Source: Octopus vulgaris
Taxonomy: Eukaryota
Direction: 5' to 3'
DNA: 64,000 nucleotides
Assembly (NCBI GenBank): GCA_951406725.2
Contig: OX597824.1
Span: 91,574,001 to 91,638,000 of the forward strand
The notes beneath the pieces are model-generated. The model was not told the origin of the DNA, made no database searches, and was given only the letters and a program-made list of their open reading frames with translations. Made by a program: the position numbers and the translations under genes. Of the stretch, positions 14,210 through 27,129 are shown one piece after another. Positions within the stretch are counted from its first letter, which is position 1; the number at the start of each line of letters is the position of its first letter.

Positions 14210-14267
14210 GGTGCCAACTCCACTTCCAAGTATTGGTTTGAGTCATTCAGAAAGAAGGCCTCAACAA
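14210..14267 (-). CDS. C4orf33: C4orf33/UPF0462-like gene, exon 3
   Basis: tttttgccag| ... |gtaagt. Encodes (V)VEAFFLNDSNQYLEVELA(P), the family's most conserved motif (VVEAFFLND..QYLEVEL.P). Confidence 0.95.
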
Positions 14268-14360
14268 CTGGCAAAAACAATATATGCAAATATAAAATGT
14301 AACAGAATATACATGCATACATATATATGCACACACAGACACACACACTCACATATACTC

Positions 14361-14610
14361 TATTAATAAAGGTGCAAAAACATCACAGAAATATCACAAA
14401 AAACTACTACTCAGAGTTTCACATCACAGTTCATCAGGCAGTTCTGATCACAACTGCCTGATGAACAGGAATGTGAAACTCTGAGTTGTAGATTTTTGTG
14501 ATATTTCTGTGATGTTTTTGCACCTTTATTAATAAAGCATATTAATCTACCTCCAGTATTTTAGTACTATTTTTCCCTACCTTGTTTCACATTTATGTGC
14601 TTACTTGGGT
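14361..14610. mobile_element. Penelope-like inverted-repeat element with hammerhead-like cores on both strands (intron 2)
   Basis: About 85-bp inverted arms over 14361-14535 centred near 14448; CTGATGA-ACA ggaa TGT-GAAA-C-TC on +. Related copies at about 6705-7200 and 22487-22560. Confidence 0.65.
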
Positions 14611-14618
14611 ATATATAT

Positions 14619-14676
<58 letters not shown>

Positions 14677-14937
14677 GAAAGAATGGAGTTGAACGACGAT
14701 TAAAAAAAAAAACACACAAATTTCCACACGAAAGCACGTGATCTCTGCCCTTGGCATGTAGCTTCAACCGTGTTTTTCTGAGGTGAATTTGCTACCCAGG
14801 TATCGGTTAACCGAATTATCCATACTAAGAAAATTCATTCAACTACTTATATATATATATATATATATATATAGATAGATAGATTGTTAGATAGATAGAT
14901 AGATAGATATAGATATATTGATCCACTACTAGCTCCT

Positions 14938-15088
14938 CAGAAAAAAAAGTCTGGCAGTGTTAAATGAGGTGATCTTGGTGGCCAAAGTCCCTTCGAAATA
15001 ATGTTCACTGAAAAACTCTTGAAGTGGCCCCATGGTGATGTGCAGGATGAAAATAAATCACTGTGGAGAGACTTTTGAACACCCTGTA
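14938..15088 (-). mobile_element. Tc1/mariner-superfamily deletion remnant
   Basis: TA-CAGGGTGTTCAAAAG end and WPPRSPHLTLPDFF motif. Confidence 0.65.
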
Positions 15089-15244
15089 TGTGAGAGTATA
15101 TATATATGCATGTGTGTGTCTGTATCGGTGCGATGTGTTTATTTATTTTAGTAGTTTTGACTTTAAGAGTCCCTCCTAGCACGTGGCATCTATGTGTAAC
15201 AGTGCCCTCTATATAATATAAATACATATACACATATGCAGATC

Positions 15245-16175
15245 CATTAATTTAAGTCCCAGAACTAAATGAAACACTACAGCCCTTTTGAAGTGTATTG
15301 GGGTCCTAAAAGCCAAGAAAAGCAACCCACCTTACGATAAAATGGAATATTGTTACGAAAGTAAAGACCTACAATAACCAGGGGAGCTAATGGCATTCAT
15401 GTGCAGCTAAAAACTCCAGATCCTGGCTCTACCTGGAGATATAATTAACAGGAGACAAAGTTTGATACGAACTTGAAATCTTCAAACATTTTCTTATACA
15501 GTTTAAATAAATGTAGACTGACACATTGGCTGGCGCATAGTGTAACAATGGACCAAGGTGAAATTGAAACCGGTTACTAATTTCGGAAAAAAAACAACCG
15601 CTGTGTTATGCAGGGAATACCAAGAAACTAAAAATGGGAAACAGCTAAAGTTTGAGCCAAATGCTGGATATTTCTGTCAAGTCAACAAAAGTTGTCTCCC
15701 CTTAATAAAAAATATTTTTTGTTTTTTTTACTGTAAATGACTTTGGGTGGAGATGAAAAGAGTTTGTTTATAGTTTAGAGTAAAAGTACAAATGTAATGA
15801 GAAGGAGAGAAGTCATTCACACGTTCGTTTATAAAAATCCCACAAAGAGATACAAACATACACACACCCCTATACATAAATTCATACATACATGCATGCA
15901 TGCATACAAATCTGCACATATACATATAAAAATACCCCGCTGATTTTGTTGAAATTCCAATGAACAGGTGGTCTCAGGAATTTTTTGAAGGAAGGGCACT
16001 AGATCAGAAGGGCACAGCTATTAAATCAAATTACAAGTAATAAGGGCACACTTCTTTTCTTGAAGAGGGTATATGTCCCTCAGGCCCCCTCCTCGGTCCA
16101 ACCCTGATGAAAAAGCCTTGGGTCTTGGTTAGAAACTGGCTCTTTCTCTGTTGGCATGAAAATCTTGAAATAAAA
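15245..16175 (+). mobile_element. Decayed Penelope-like remnant (endonuclease C-terminus plus degenerate hammerhead)
   Basis: Frameshifted TTAL..CI..LK...IKWNIVTKVKTY resembles the Penelope GIY-YIG C-terminus; CTGATGA...GAAAC at about 16104-16137. Confidence 0.4.
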
Positions 16176-16350
16176 CGGAACAATGACATACACACATACG
16201 AGGGTGTGCATATAATATACACACTTGTGTGTATGGATCGATAGCTCAACCAACACACCAACACAATGACATACTTACAAAAACCAGGAACTCTCTAAAC
16301 TCAAGAAATCTCCTTTTGTTAGCAACCAGCTTGAACTCTCTCAAAAAACA

Positions 16351-16862
16351 CTTATACTCCTCGAATATAATCTGCATTTTCCCCCAAAAAATTAAAGGTC
16401 AAAATCCCTAGTGCGTATTATATACGAGGTTAAAAATGAAAATTATTTTCTAAGCAATGTCCGAGTCTCTATTTGCTGTCCGGCAATGTTTATTCAGACA
16501 CATTTTGTGATATCAGGTACGAAAATATCTTAAGCTAAGCCTGAAAGCAATGAAGTCATAAAATAATCATCCATAACTTGCAATAAACAATATTTATTAA
16601 ACGTTATTACTGTTATTTCTTTATTTTCTGCAAACAAAATGCACAAAAAAGCTACACGTTTGCATTATGTTATATATACAATAATAATAAAGGATGTTAC
16701 CGTATACATTTTTACAAACCAAGGACGTTATATAGACCACCTTGACTCAACTTAGAGAAGGGGTGCGTATTATACACAAAGTTTAGGTTTTTCAGAGGTA
16801 CAGCCCCCTAAAAATCCCCTGCGTATTATACTCAAGGGCGGACTATACTCAGGGATTTACGG
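16351..16862. mobile_element. Non-autonomous Tc2/pogo-like DNA transposon
   Basis: Right end ...gactatactcagggatttacgg-TA; degenerate left end tatactcctcgaatataa; repeated gcgtattata subterminal motifs. Confidence 0.55.
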
Positions 16863-17401
16863 TAAATTAAACTCAAGGAAAAACCACATTCATATACCCA
16901 CAATATTATACATCTTTTTATTCCTCTCTGCTTTGATTAATATTCCTTCCATTGCATTACATTTTTTAAATATATTCTGTTATTTTATTTCACATCATTT
17001 GTATACTTCCAAATTTTCCCATATTACTCGTCTAATTAAAATAAATCTTTAATTCGTGTGATATGTCAATTTTCAGTGTTGCTAATTATGGCTTTTATAT
17101 TTTGAAAGCTTCATCCTAATTAGCGTCATTCTGGGATATCTTCTTCCATCTTGTACTTGTTTCAGTCACAGAACTGTGGCCATGCTGGAGCATCACCTCG
17201 TACGGTTTTTAGTTGAGCAAGTCAGCCCACACTACTCATTTTTCATTTCAAGCCAGGCATTTAGTCTATTGATCTCTTTTGCCAAAGCATTAAGTAATAG
17301 GGACATAAACAAACCAACACTGTTTGGCAAGTAGTGGTGAGGGACAAACACACAGATATACATATACATATACATACATACATACATACACACACACACA
17401 C

Positions 17402-17438
<37 letters not shown>

Positions 17439-18469
17439 ATAGGCTCAGGCACGGCTATGTAGTAATAACAAGCTTGCTTCCAAACCACATGGTTCTGGGT
17501 TCAGTCCTACTGTGTGGCATCTCGGGCAAGTGTCTTCTACTATAGCCTTGGGCTGACCAAAGTCTTGTAAGTGGATTTGGGAGACGGAAACTGAAAGAAG
17601 CCCATTGTATATATATATATATATATATACACGTATGTGTGTGTGTTTGTTCCCTATTGCCGTTGCTTGACAACCAATGCTGGTGTGTTTACATCTCTGT
17701 AACTTAGCAATTCGACAAAAGAGACTGATAGAATAAGTACCAAGCTAACCCTGGTCACTGCTCTTGTAGTATGAGGGTGCCCCAACTTGCCAAACAGGTG
17801 GAGGCCAACTAGGTCATAAATTTGAGGAAAGGAACAATATTGATCCAAATCAGCGCGTTCACCCCAGGACACGACTGGTATTTATTATCTCAACTTCATT
17901 TCAAAAGTATGAAAGAATAATTTAACCACAGCAGCATTTGAAGAAAAGAAAAAACAAAGGAAAACAGATGCCAGCATGGGTGTGTGGTAGGAAGAATGCT
18001 TCCGAACCACAAAATTCTGGGTTCAGTCCCACTGCATGGCACCTTGGGTAAGTTTCTTCTACTATAGCCCTGGGTTTGAGTAAGTTTCTTCTACTATATA
18101 GCCCTGGGTTTGGGTAAGTCTTGTGAGTGGATTTGGTAAATGGAAACATACACAGTGTGTGTGTGTATGTGTATGTGTGTGTGTGTGTGTGTGTGTATGT
18201 GTGTGTGTGTGCGTGTGTGTGATTAGATTTGCTCCTATCACTGCTTGACAACTGGCATTGTCTGTCTAACTTAGCAGTTCATCAAAAAAAGTCGATAGAA
18301 TAAGTACGAGGCTTAAGAGAAATAGGTCCTGGTGTCAAGTTGTTTGACTAAAATTCTTGAAGGTGGCAGCTCCAGCATGGCCACAGTCTAATGACTGAAG
18401 CAAATATAAGAAAAAAAAAGAAAACAAGGAAATCCAAGAAGGAAAGGTTAATAAGCGCCAAATACTCAC

Positions 18470-18687
18470 CTTCATAGTTATACAGTTCAGGACATGCTTC
18501 TCCGTATTTTCCACCTGGGGGAGCTGGATCCTTGTAGAAAGGAGCCTCAACTTCGAGTCTTAGCCATCTGTCAATTCCCTCAATAGATAACTTTACTGTG
18601 TCTTCTTTTTTAAGGGGAGTTCCATCCCATTGCTTAGTGATTTCAAATTCGAGTCTGTGGTTCTCTGGTCTGTTTACTTGGCCCCTT
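18470..18687 (-). CDS. C4orf33: C4orf33/UPF0462-like gene, exon 2
   Basis: ttttaacag| ... |gtgagt. Encodes RGQVNRPENHRLEFEITKQWDGTPLKKEDTVKLSIEGIDRWLRLEVEAPFYKDPAPPGGKYGEACPELYNYE, resembling human C4orf33 as I recall it (FKIEHTWDG...APFFRDPPAP...ELWDYE). Confidence 0.92.
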
Positions 18688-18817
18688 CTGTTAAAAAGAT
18701 TTGTAAGAAGATAACGTGAAACCCTTTAGCATTCAGATCACTCTGTCAAATGTATTCTTTATTTACTCATTCACTTGTTTCGGTCATTTGACTGTGGCCA
18801 TGCTGGAGCACTAAATA

Positions 18818-19370
18818 TTGGGTTGTCCGGAAAGTTCATGCCGATTTTTAAAGGAAAAAGGTCAATAAATACTAGCCATTACATTTTTAATCAACCAAAT
18901 ATGAACCATTTTGTTGCACAATGTGTCTCCATCTTTCCTTTAACTTGAAAATACCCTCTTCCCTGAATTGAGGTGGTTTCATGGCAAAGAATTCATCAAA
19001 GTATCTTTTTATGTCCTCCAAGGAATTGAAATTTTTACTATTCTGCAGAGACCTGAATAAGTGGAAATCCAAAGGAGCAATATCTGGTAAATATGGAGGG
19101 TGGGGTAACACATCCCAGCCGAGCTGCTGAAATTTTTGTCTGGTTCCCAAAGCATCAAGTGTTAAAAATGAACTTTCTTATCTTCCATTTTAAAGGGTTA
19201 CAGAATTAACACAGGTTATAGGAACATAAACCTTCTACCATGAAAAGATAGCTTAAACTGTGCTCTAAATGGAGGTGTAGTCAAATCCTATTTTATGGAC
19301 TCAACCATGTTCTAAAATAAGTCGAAAGGTGGGCTACTATAAATTGGCACAAACTTTCTGGATAACCCAA
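18818..19370 (-). mobile_element. Internally deleted mariner element
   Basis: About 30-bp TIRs (ttgggttgtccggaaagttcatgccgattt / aaattggcacaaactttctggataacccaa) with TA on both sides. Transposase N-terminus MEDKKVHF is fused to the C-terminus LPHPPYLPDIAPLDFHLFRSLQN...WRHIVQQNGSY. Confidence 0.92.
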
Positions 19371-20288
19371 TACATCTAATGCAAGAAATTTTTCAGGGGC
19401 CCTTAAAATACTATTGAGGATCCCTGAATTATTATTTTGTTGCATGCAACCCCAAAAATCTTGTATGGACCCCGGTTGAGAACTCATGATTTAAACTGAC
19501 CAAATCCACCCAAAATATTCCACTTGTGCTATGTTCAAACTGGCCAGATCCTGCCTCCAACACCTACCCTACAATGTTAGTCAAAAACATACACAGCCAC
19601 ATAATGAAACCTCAAGGCTATGAGATAATGCAGGATAGATTCCACATAATGTGACTAAATAAGCAACAAATCTGATAGAATAATCCGAACAGTAAAGAGT
19701 TAATGATGTGATTTTTTTTTTTGTTTTTGTTTTTAATTTTATTGGGTAGGTGTGAGAGGCTGGATCTGGCTGGTGTCGGACATAAACCAGGTAGTGTATC
19801 TGAGTCTGATATGGTTGGTCTAAATGCTCGATAGTTAAATGATGAGCCGTTCCATCAACTGGAAAGTCTCCTCATTAAATTACACTGCCCATGACCGAGT
19901 ATTCCATAAATACTTGTGACTTTAGACTAATTCTCAAGGTGATTTCAGGCTTAATTATATTTGAACTCATTTATATATAAACAATATAGAAAAGCTTTGA
20001 TGCCATGAACAATTGACTGTCTATTATATATTGTATTGAATATACATACTCAGGTACTCATAGACACACACACACACACACAGATATATATAGATATATA
20101 TATTATATTTATTATATTATATATATATATATATATTATATTTTATATAAATATTATATATATATATATATATATGAAAAAACATATATATATATATTAT
20201 ATTTATATAAAATATAATATATATACAGAATATATATATTTATTATATTCTATATGTATATACAATATATATATACAATATATATATA

Positions 20289-20338
<50 letters not shown>

Positions 20339-21610
20339 ATATATACATACACACATATATAATACACACACACATATATTACATACACATACATACAATA
20401 TACATGTGGATATGCAGGTATATATGTGTGTGCTTATATGTGTGTGTAAGCATTTGTGTGTGTGTGTGAGTGTCTGTATGTGTGTGTGTGTGTGAGTGTG
20501 TGTATATGTGTGTGCGTGTGTTTTGCACTCACATTTACTTAAGTATATCCATGAAAAGCATTCACCATAAACACATCAAAAGAATAATTTTTTCAGAGAT
20601 ATTTGGGAAAAAAAAAAAAAATTTTTTTTTTTTAAATATTCAAAACAGAAAAATAAACAAAAACCAACAAATTAGTAACAGAAGAAATAAATTTTATAAA
20701 AAACCTAAAATTTAACAGTAAATTAATTTTTTAAATTAATTTAATTTTCCAACTATTTACATTTCACGCTTGGATTCATTCATTTTATGTTGTTTACAAA
20801 TATATATATATATATATATGTATGTATATATATACTGTTTTTGATTTTATGAATTTTATTTATTTGTTACATATTATTTAATTTATTGTAATTTATCTCT
20901 ATAATTGCCAATTTTTCTTTTCTTTTATCGAAATGATTCCATTTAGATCTAATTTTACAATTTTTATCAAAAAGTAAATTTTATGATTCGATTCATTCAA
21001 AGTGCTTGTAACTCATTTAAATCTGAAAACTGAAATTAAAAACCACAAAATAAAATATATATATAAAAAAAAAACCAGACAAACAACTAAATCAAACAAA
21101 CAGCAAAGCAAGCTCCTCCCACCCACCCAAATACATGTTAATGTCACACACTAATTATTACCTATAAAAAAAAAACAAAAAAAAAATAATGTCGCAGATC
21201 GCATAAAATTTAAACTGTTATATAAATAAACTCGACAATTATTCATGCAAATCTAAAGAATATCCATGCTTTAATTAAAATTAAAGTACACTAACATCGT
21301 TATGAAAATTAGGTTTGTAATTAACTTAAAACAAACACAGGTGCAGGCCTAGTTGTACGGTTAAGAAGCTTGTTTTCTCAACCCTGTGATCACTGGTTCA
21401 GTCCCACTTCATGGCTGTTGATTGCAGTGGATAGAAAACCAAGTGTCACAGCTGTTAATTTTAGTTTGTTGTACTGAATGTTGTTGCCTAGGGCAGGTGT
21501 CTTCTGCAATAGTGTTGGGCCGAACAACGCCAGGTGAACGAATTTGGTAGGCAGAAGGTGTATGAAAGCATGTTGTCCCATTTTTTCTATTCTTTTATTT
21601 ATTTATATTA

Positions 21611-21647
<37 letters not shown>

Positions 21648-22090
21648 CAGGTGCAGAATTGGCTGTGTGGTAAGTAGCTTGCTTACCAACCACATGGTTC
21701 CGGGTTCAGTCCCACTGTGTGGCACCTTGGGCAAATGTCTTCTACTATAGCATCGGGCTGACCAAAGCCTTGTGAGTGGATTTAGTGGACGGAAACTGAA
21801 AGAAGCCCGTCATATATATGTATGTATGTGTGTGTATATGTTTGTGTGTCTGTGTTTGTCCCCCTAGCATCGCTTGACAACCAATGCTGGTGTGTTTATG
21901 TCCCCATAAATTAGCAGTTCGGCAAAAGAGACTGGTAGAGTAAGTATTAGGCTTACAAAGAATAAGTCCCAGGGTCGATTTGCTCGACTAAGGCGGTGCT
22001 CCAGCATGGCTACAGTCAAATGACTGAAACAAGTAAAAGAGTAAAGAGTATATAGCAGTGTATGTACACTCTGGTCTCTTATATGTAAGT

Positions 22091-22134
<44 letters not shown>

Positions 22135-22213
22135 TTTATGATTCGATTCATTCAAAGTGCTTGTAACTCATTTAAATCTGAAAACTGAAATTAAAAACCA
22201 CAAAATATATTTA

Positions 22214-22282
22214 AACCACCTGATGAATGACTGTAACTCGAAAATTTAAAGAAATTAACAGCCATGAAACGATTGTAGTGTT
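22214..22282 (+). ncRNA. Type I hammerhead ribozyme motif
   Basis: aacCAC-CTGATGA-ATGaCTGT...ACAGcCAT-GAAA-CGATTG-TA-GTGtt; canonical core, GUA triplet. Confidence 0.7.
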
Positions 22283-22401
22283 ATATTAATTATATTTTTT
22301 AATAATTTTGTTATATATTTAAATAATATAAATTAAATAATCTTATGTATTGGCTTAAGTTTTTCATTGTATGATTTGCTTAATAGTGGTTATATCTCTA
22401 A

Positions 22402-22487
<86 letters not shown>

Positions 22488-22739
22488 TTTATTTAAAAGC
22501 AGCAGAAAATTCAACAAAACCTGTTACTCTGAGTTTCACGTTCCCGTTCATTGGACGGTATATATATATATATATATATATATAAATTTTGTACGACTCT
22601 TATTCTTTCATTCTTTCTTTCTTTCTATCAGCCCCTTCACACTTTGTTCTTCTCGCTCTTCTTTCTTTCAGCTCTCTCTCTCTCACATTTCCTGGCTTTC
22701 TCTTCATTTTCACCTCCCCTCCTCTTTCACTTCACTCTC

Positions 22740-23152
22740 TTTACTCTTTACTCTTTTACTTGTTTCAGTCAGTTGACTGCGGCCATGCTGGAGCACCGCC
22801 TTTAGTCGAGCAACTCGACCCCGGGACTTATTCTTTGTAAGCCCAGTACTTATTCTATCGGTCTCTTTTGCCGAACCGCTAAGTGACAGGGACATAAACA
22901 CACTAGCATCGGCTGTCAAGCAATGCTAGGGGGACAAACACAGACACACAAACATACACGCACACACATATATATATATACATATATACGACGGGATTCT
23001 TTCAGTTTCCGTCTACCAAATCCACTCACAAGGCTTTGGTCGGCCCGAGGCTATAGTGGAAGACACTTGCCCAAGATGATACGCAGTGGGACTGAACCCG
23101 GAACCATGTGGTTGGTAAGCAAGCTACTTACCACACAGCCACTCCTGCGCCT
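22740..23152 (-). mobile_element. tRNA-derived SINE, full length
   Basis: Reverse complement of the dominant family, head to tail. Confidence 0.9.
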
Positions 23153-23467
23153 ATACTGTCCCTTTTCTTTTTACTTGTCCCTCCCTAATTCTTCTGTCCC
23201 TCTGCCTCTACCTCTCTCCTTTCTCTGTCTCCATGTGATGTTGTTTACGACAAAAAGAAAAGCGCAAGAAATTTAAGTACTCTGAGCAAATGGAAAACTG
23301 TTGCAAGGCAAGAAAGCAGTGTGACTGTGTGATGGACAGAGAGTCAGAGAGCAGAGAGAATATGAGACCATGCAAACATGTAGGAATAGGACTTGAATGA
23401 AGGCCACATGTGGATTTTACTGGGGATGAATGCAGGGTGAAATTTGAACACAATTATGTTGTAGGGT

Positions 23468-23815
23468 TAGTTAGTTACTTAGTCAGTTAGTTAATTTTTG
23501 GCTCAAAGGCAAATAGCAAGGCCATGTAGGGGGACATGGAGTTAAGTACAGGGTGGTGTTCATGTAAAGAGTTCAGGCCACTTGAGGTCAAGGGAGACTT
23601 TGAACAAAGCGGTCGTCGGCATCTTCACCATCTCGTCTGGCAGCTTGTTCCACGGATCCGCAACCCGGATGGAGAAAGCTCCTCTCCTTCGATTGAGATG
23701 AAATCGTCGCAGGTAGAGCTTTTCGGAATGACCCTGCAGCCGACGCTCTGGAGCAGGAGTGAAGAAAAAGCTCTTTCGAGAGGTTACACTTTCCGCTTAT
23801 GATGTTGTGAGCGAG
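23468..23815 (-). mobile_element. CR1-clade LINE 3' end
   Basis: Minus translation ...RLQGHSEKLYLRRFHLNRRRGAFSIRVADPWNKLPDEMV...FKVSLDLKW, a short 3' UTR and a (TAAC)n tail. Confidence 0.8.
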
Positions 23816-24247
23816 AATGGGATCACCACGTTACAAGCATGCTATCAGATTACGGGGCAAACATTGAAAATAGAATGAAATGCAATTGTAGATTAATGAA
23901 AGGAAGACAAACTGTTGAGAAGTTGAAGAGTTCTTTGTTGGTAAACTGTAACTGGAAAAAAATGAAAAATAAAAAAATCATAAGGTCGTGAAAAATTCAG
24001 TTCTCAAGAATATATATATATATACCTATTTCTTTACTACCCACAAGGGGCTAAACACAGAGAGGACAAACAAGGACAAGCAAACGGATTAAATCGATTA
24101 TATCGACCCCAGTGCGTAACTGGTACTTATTTAATCGACCCCGAAAGGATGAAAGGCAAAGTCGACCTCGGCGGAATTTGAACTCAGAACGTAACGGCAG
24201 ACAAAATACGGCTACGCATTTTGCCCGGCGTGCTAACGTTTCTGCCA

Positions 24248-24361
<114 letters not shown>

Positions 24362-24587
24362 CAAGTCAAGTGTCTATTTAGAATGACTGGCATCCGTGCT
24401 AGTGGAGCACTAAAAGTACCATCCGAGCATGATTGTTGCCAGAGAAACAAACTGGCTTCTATGCCGGTGGCACTTAAAAAGCACCATTCAAGTGGTTGTC
24501 TTTTATATTTTAGCCTTGGGCCGACTGTAATCCTTGTGAGTGGATTTGATAGAGGGAAACTGAAAGAAACCTGTCATATATGTGTAC

Positions 24588-24621
<34 letters not shown>

Positions 24622-24706
24622 AGAAGGGTAGTAATATTATTTACTACCAGGTGCCCGGCACAAAAGACGAATTAGTCATAAGACAAAATATTATTCATAT
24701 AGAAAA

Positions 24707-24928
24707 ATATTATTCATGTAGTAATACAATTAAGGGCCCCTAAATTAGGATGCCGAGTGTTGGGAACACAAAAAGGGGATGAATTTATCGAGAGTGAAAA
24801 TCAAAAACGTTTATTGAGTTATCGATAAACGTTTTTGATTTTCACTCTCGATAAATTCATCCCCTTTTTGTGTTCCCAACACTCGGCATCCTAATTTAGG
24901 AGCCCTTAATTGTATTACTACATGAATA

Positions 24929-24932
<4 letters not shown>
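24707..24932. repeat. Near-perfect 226-bp palindrome
   Basis: 111-bp arms, 4-nt loop (gtta), only two mismatches seen. Confidence 0.95.
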
Positions 24933-25000
<68 letters not shown>

Positions 25001-25520
25001 CTGTGTGGTAAGTAGCTTGATTCCCAATCACATGGTACCAGGTTCAGTCCCACTGCGTGGCACCTTAAGCAAGTGTCTTCTACTACGTCTTCAGGCTGCC
25101 CAAAATTTGCGAGTGGATTTGGTAGACCAAAACTGAAAGAAGCCCATCATGTGTGTGTGTGTGTCTGTGTGTGTCTGTGTTTGTACCCCTATCATCGACT
25201 GACACCCGATGTCAGTATGTTTATCTCCTCTGTAACTTAGCAGTTCAGCAAAACAGATTAATAAAATAAGTAGTAGGCGTACAAGGAATAAGTTCTGGGG
25301 TCGATTTGTTCGACTAAAAAATAGTGCTCCAGCATGGCCACAGTCAAATGATTGAAGGAAATGGTTTCAAATTTTGGCACAAGGCCTGCAATTTAAAAAG
25401 TGAAGGCTTATTCGATTACATCGACCCCTTTAACTGACTCGTACTTTTTCTGATTGACCCCGAAGGGATGAAAGATCAAGTGGAGTTTGAACTCAAAACG
25501 GAAAGATTGACAAACATCAT

Positions 25521-25930
25521 AGGCGCAGGAGTGGCTGTGTGGTAAGTAGCTTGTTTACCAACCACATGGTTCAGTCCCACTGCGTGGCACCTTGGGCAAG
25601 TGTCTTCTACTATAGCCTCGGGCCGACCAAAGCCTTGTGAGTGGATTTGGTAGACGGAAACTGAAAGAAGCCCGTCGTATATATGTATATATATATATGC
25701 ATGTGTGTGTTTGTGTATCTGTGTTTGTCCCCCTAGCATTGCTTGACAACCGATGCTGGTGTGTTTATGTCCCCGTTACTTAGCGGTTCGGCAAAAGAGA
25801 CCGATAGAATAAGTACTGGGCTTACAAAAAGAATAAGTCCCGGGGTCGATTTGCTCGATTAAAGGCAGTGCTCCAGCATGGCCACAGTCAAATGACTGAA
25901 ACAAGTAAAAGAGGAAAAGAGAGAGAGTAA
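25521..25930 (+). mobile_element. tRNA-derived SINE, dominant family (representative of >25 copies)
   Basis: A-box tggctgtgtgg, B-box ggttcagtccc, internal (TA)/(TG) tract, (gtaaaaga)n tail. Approximate other copies on +: 1456, 3911, 17445, 17970, 21650, 24997, 26100, 29026, 29452, 30388, 31847, 33005, 33220, 34939, 37785, 39406, 47997. On -: 4120-4590, 8305, 17150, 22740-23152, 47040-47460, 47790, 53915, 58805-59188, 59885, 63230. Confidence 0.9.
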
Positions 25931-26830
25931 AGCATTTTTTCTCCCATGCTTTAAAGATTCTTCCAGTTTTCTACATTAACAATAATTCTTTCCAGAAAAG
26001 GCACAGGGCCTGCAATTTTTTGGGCAGTCGAGTGGATGGAGGCTATTCGCTTTCATTGACCCCAGTACATGACTGGTACTTATTTGAATCAAGCTCAGAA
26101 GGATGGGTGTGCGGTAAGAAAGTTTGCTTCCCAACCACATGGTTTCGGGTTCAATCTCATTGCATAACACAACTTTGGGCAAGTTGCTTCTGTTATAACC
26201 CCAGGCTGATCAAAGCCTTGTGAGTGGATTTGGGAGAAGGAAACTGAAAGAAGCCTGCCATACACACACACAGACACACGTGTGTGTGTGTGTTTGTCCC
26301 CCACCACTGCTTGACAACTGCTGTTGGTTTGTTTACGTCCCTGTAACTTAGCGGTTCAACAAAAAAGAGCCTATAGGATATATACCAAACTTTAGAAAGC
26401 AAGTACTGTGGTTGATTTGTTTGATTTAAAACCTTTCAAGGTGGTGCTCCAGTATGGCCGCAGTCCAATGAATAAAACAAATAAAAGATGCATTGTGTGG
26501 CAAGAAATTTGTTTCCTAACCACGTGATTTTAGGGTTAGGGTTAGGGTTTTAGGGTTAGTGTTGGGGAAAAAAGTCAAAATTGAAGAAGTTGTGGTAGAG
26601 GGGGTGGGGAAATTTTCACAATGCCGAATTTTGGCAATTTTCCGGAACCTCCGTATCCGAAAATGTGGATCTTTTTAGCAAAAAAAAAAAAAATTACAAA
26701 AATAAAAAAATTTGGGAGAAAATTGGCAGCGGGGTGGCTACGGGCGGAAGTATTTCCTTTTCAAGGTGGTGCCCCAGCATGGCCACAACTGAAACTCCTA
26801 GTCCTCTCTGTTCAACACTTCCACTGCCAC

Positions 26831-26869
<39 letters not shown>

Positions 26870-27129
26870 CACTCAGTTGTTACTAAAAGTGACTAAGCGT
26901 GCAAGCCAACACCAGCACGGCTAGAAATAAGAGTCAAAATAACTCTTAGCCACGAACAGAGCATTTTCCGTTCAACAGAGCACTTTCTATCCATTGACAA
27001 GAGAGACAGCCCTCCAACCCAACCAGCAAACGAGGGCATCAGATCTCAGATCGGCCGGTGCCGATTCTGACTTATTACTTTCTGGCCATCTTGCTAATTA
27101 TACACACACACACACACACACATACATAT

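Noticed and set aside
20527-20561. Possible first exon (MLFMDILK|gtaaat) or GTGAGT donor for the C4orf33-like gene
   Set aside because: The strong donor gives an in-frame stop in the needed phase; the in-phase donor is weak and the context is low complexity. The exon at 33691-33734 is far better.
25521-25600. tRNA-like sequences (A and B boxes)
   Set aside because: SINE heads; no complete cloverleaf, and followed by SINE bodies.
26893-27039. 48-codon minus-strand ORF (MPSFAGWVGG...) in intron 1
   Set aside because: No compatible donor and no recognisable homology; overlaps a dispersed repeat motif (ctagaaata).
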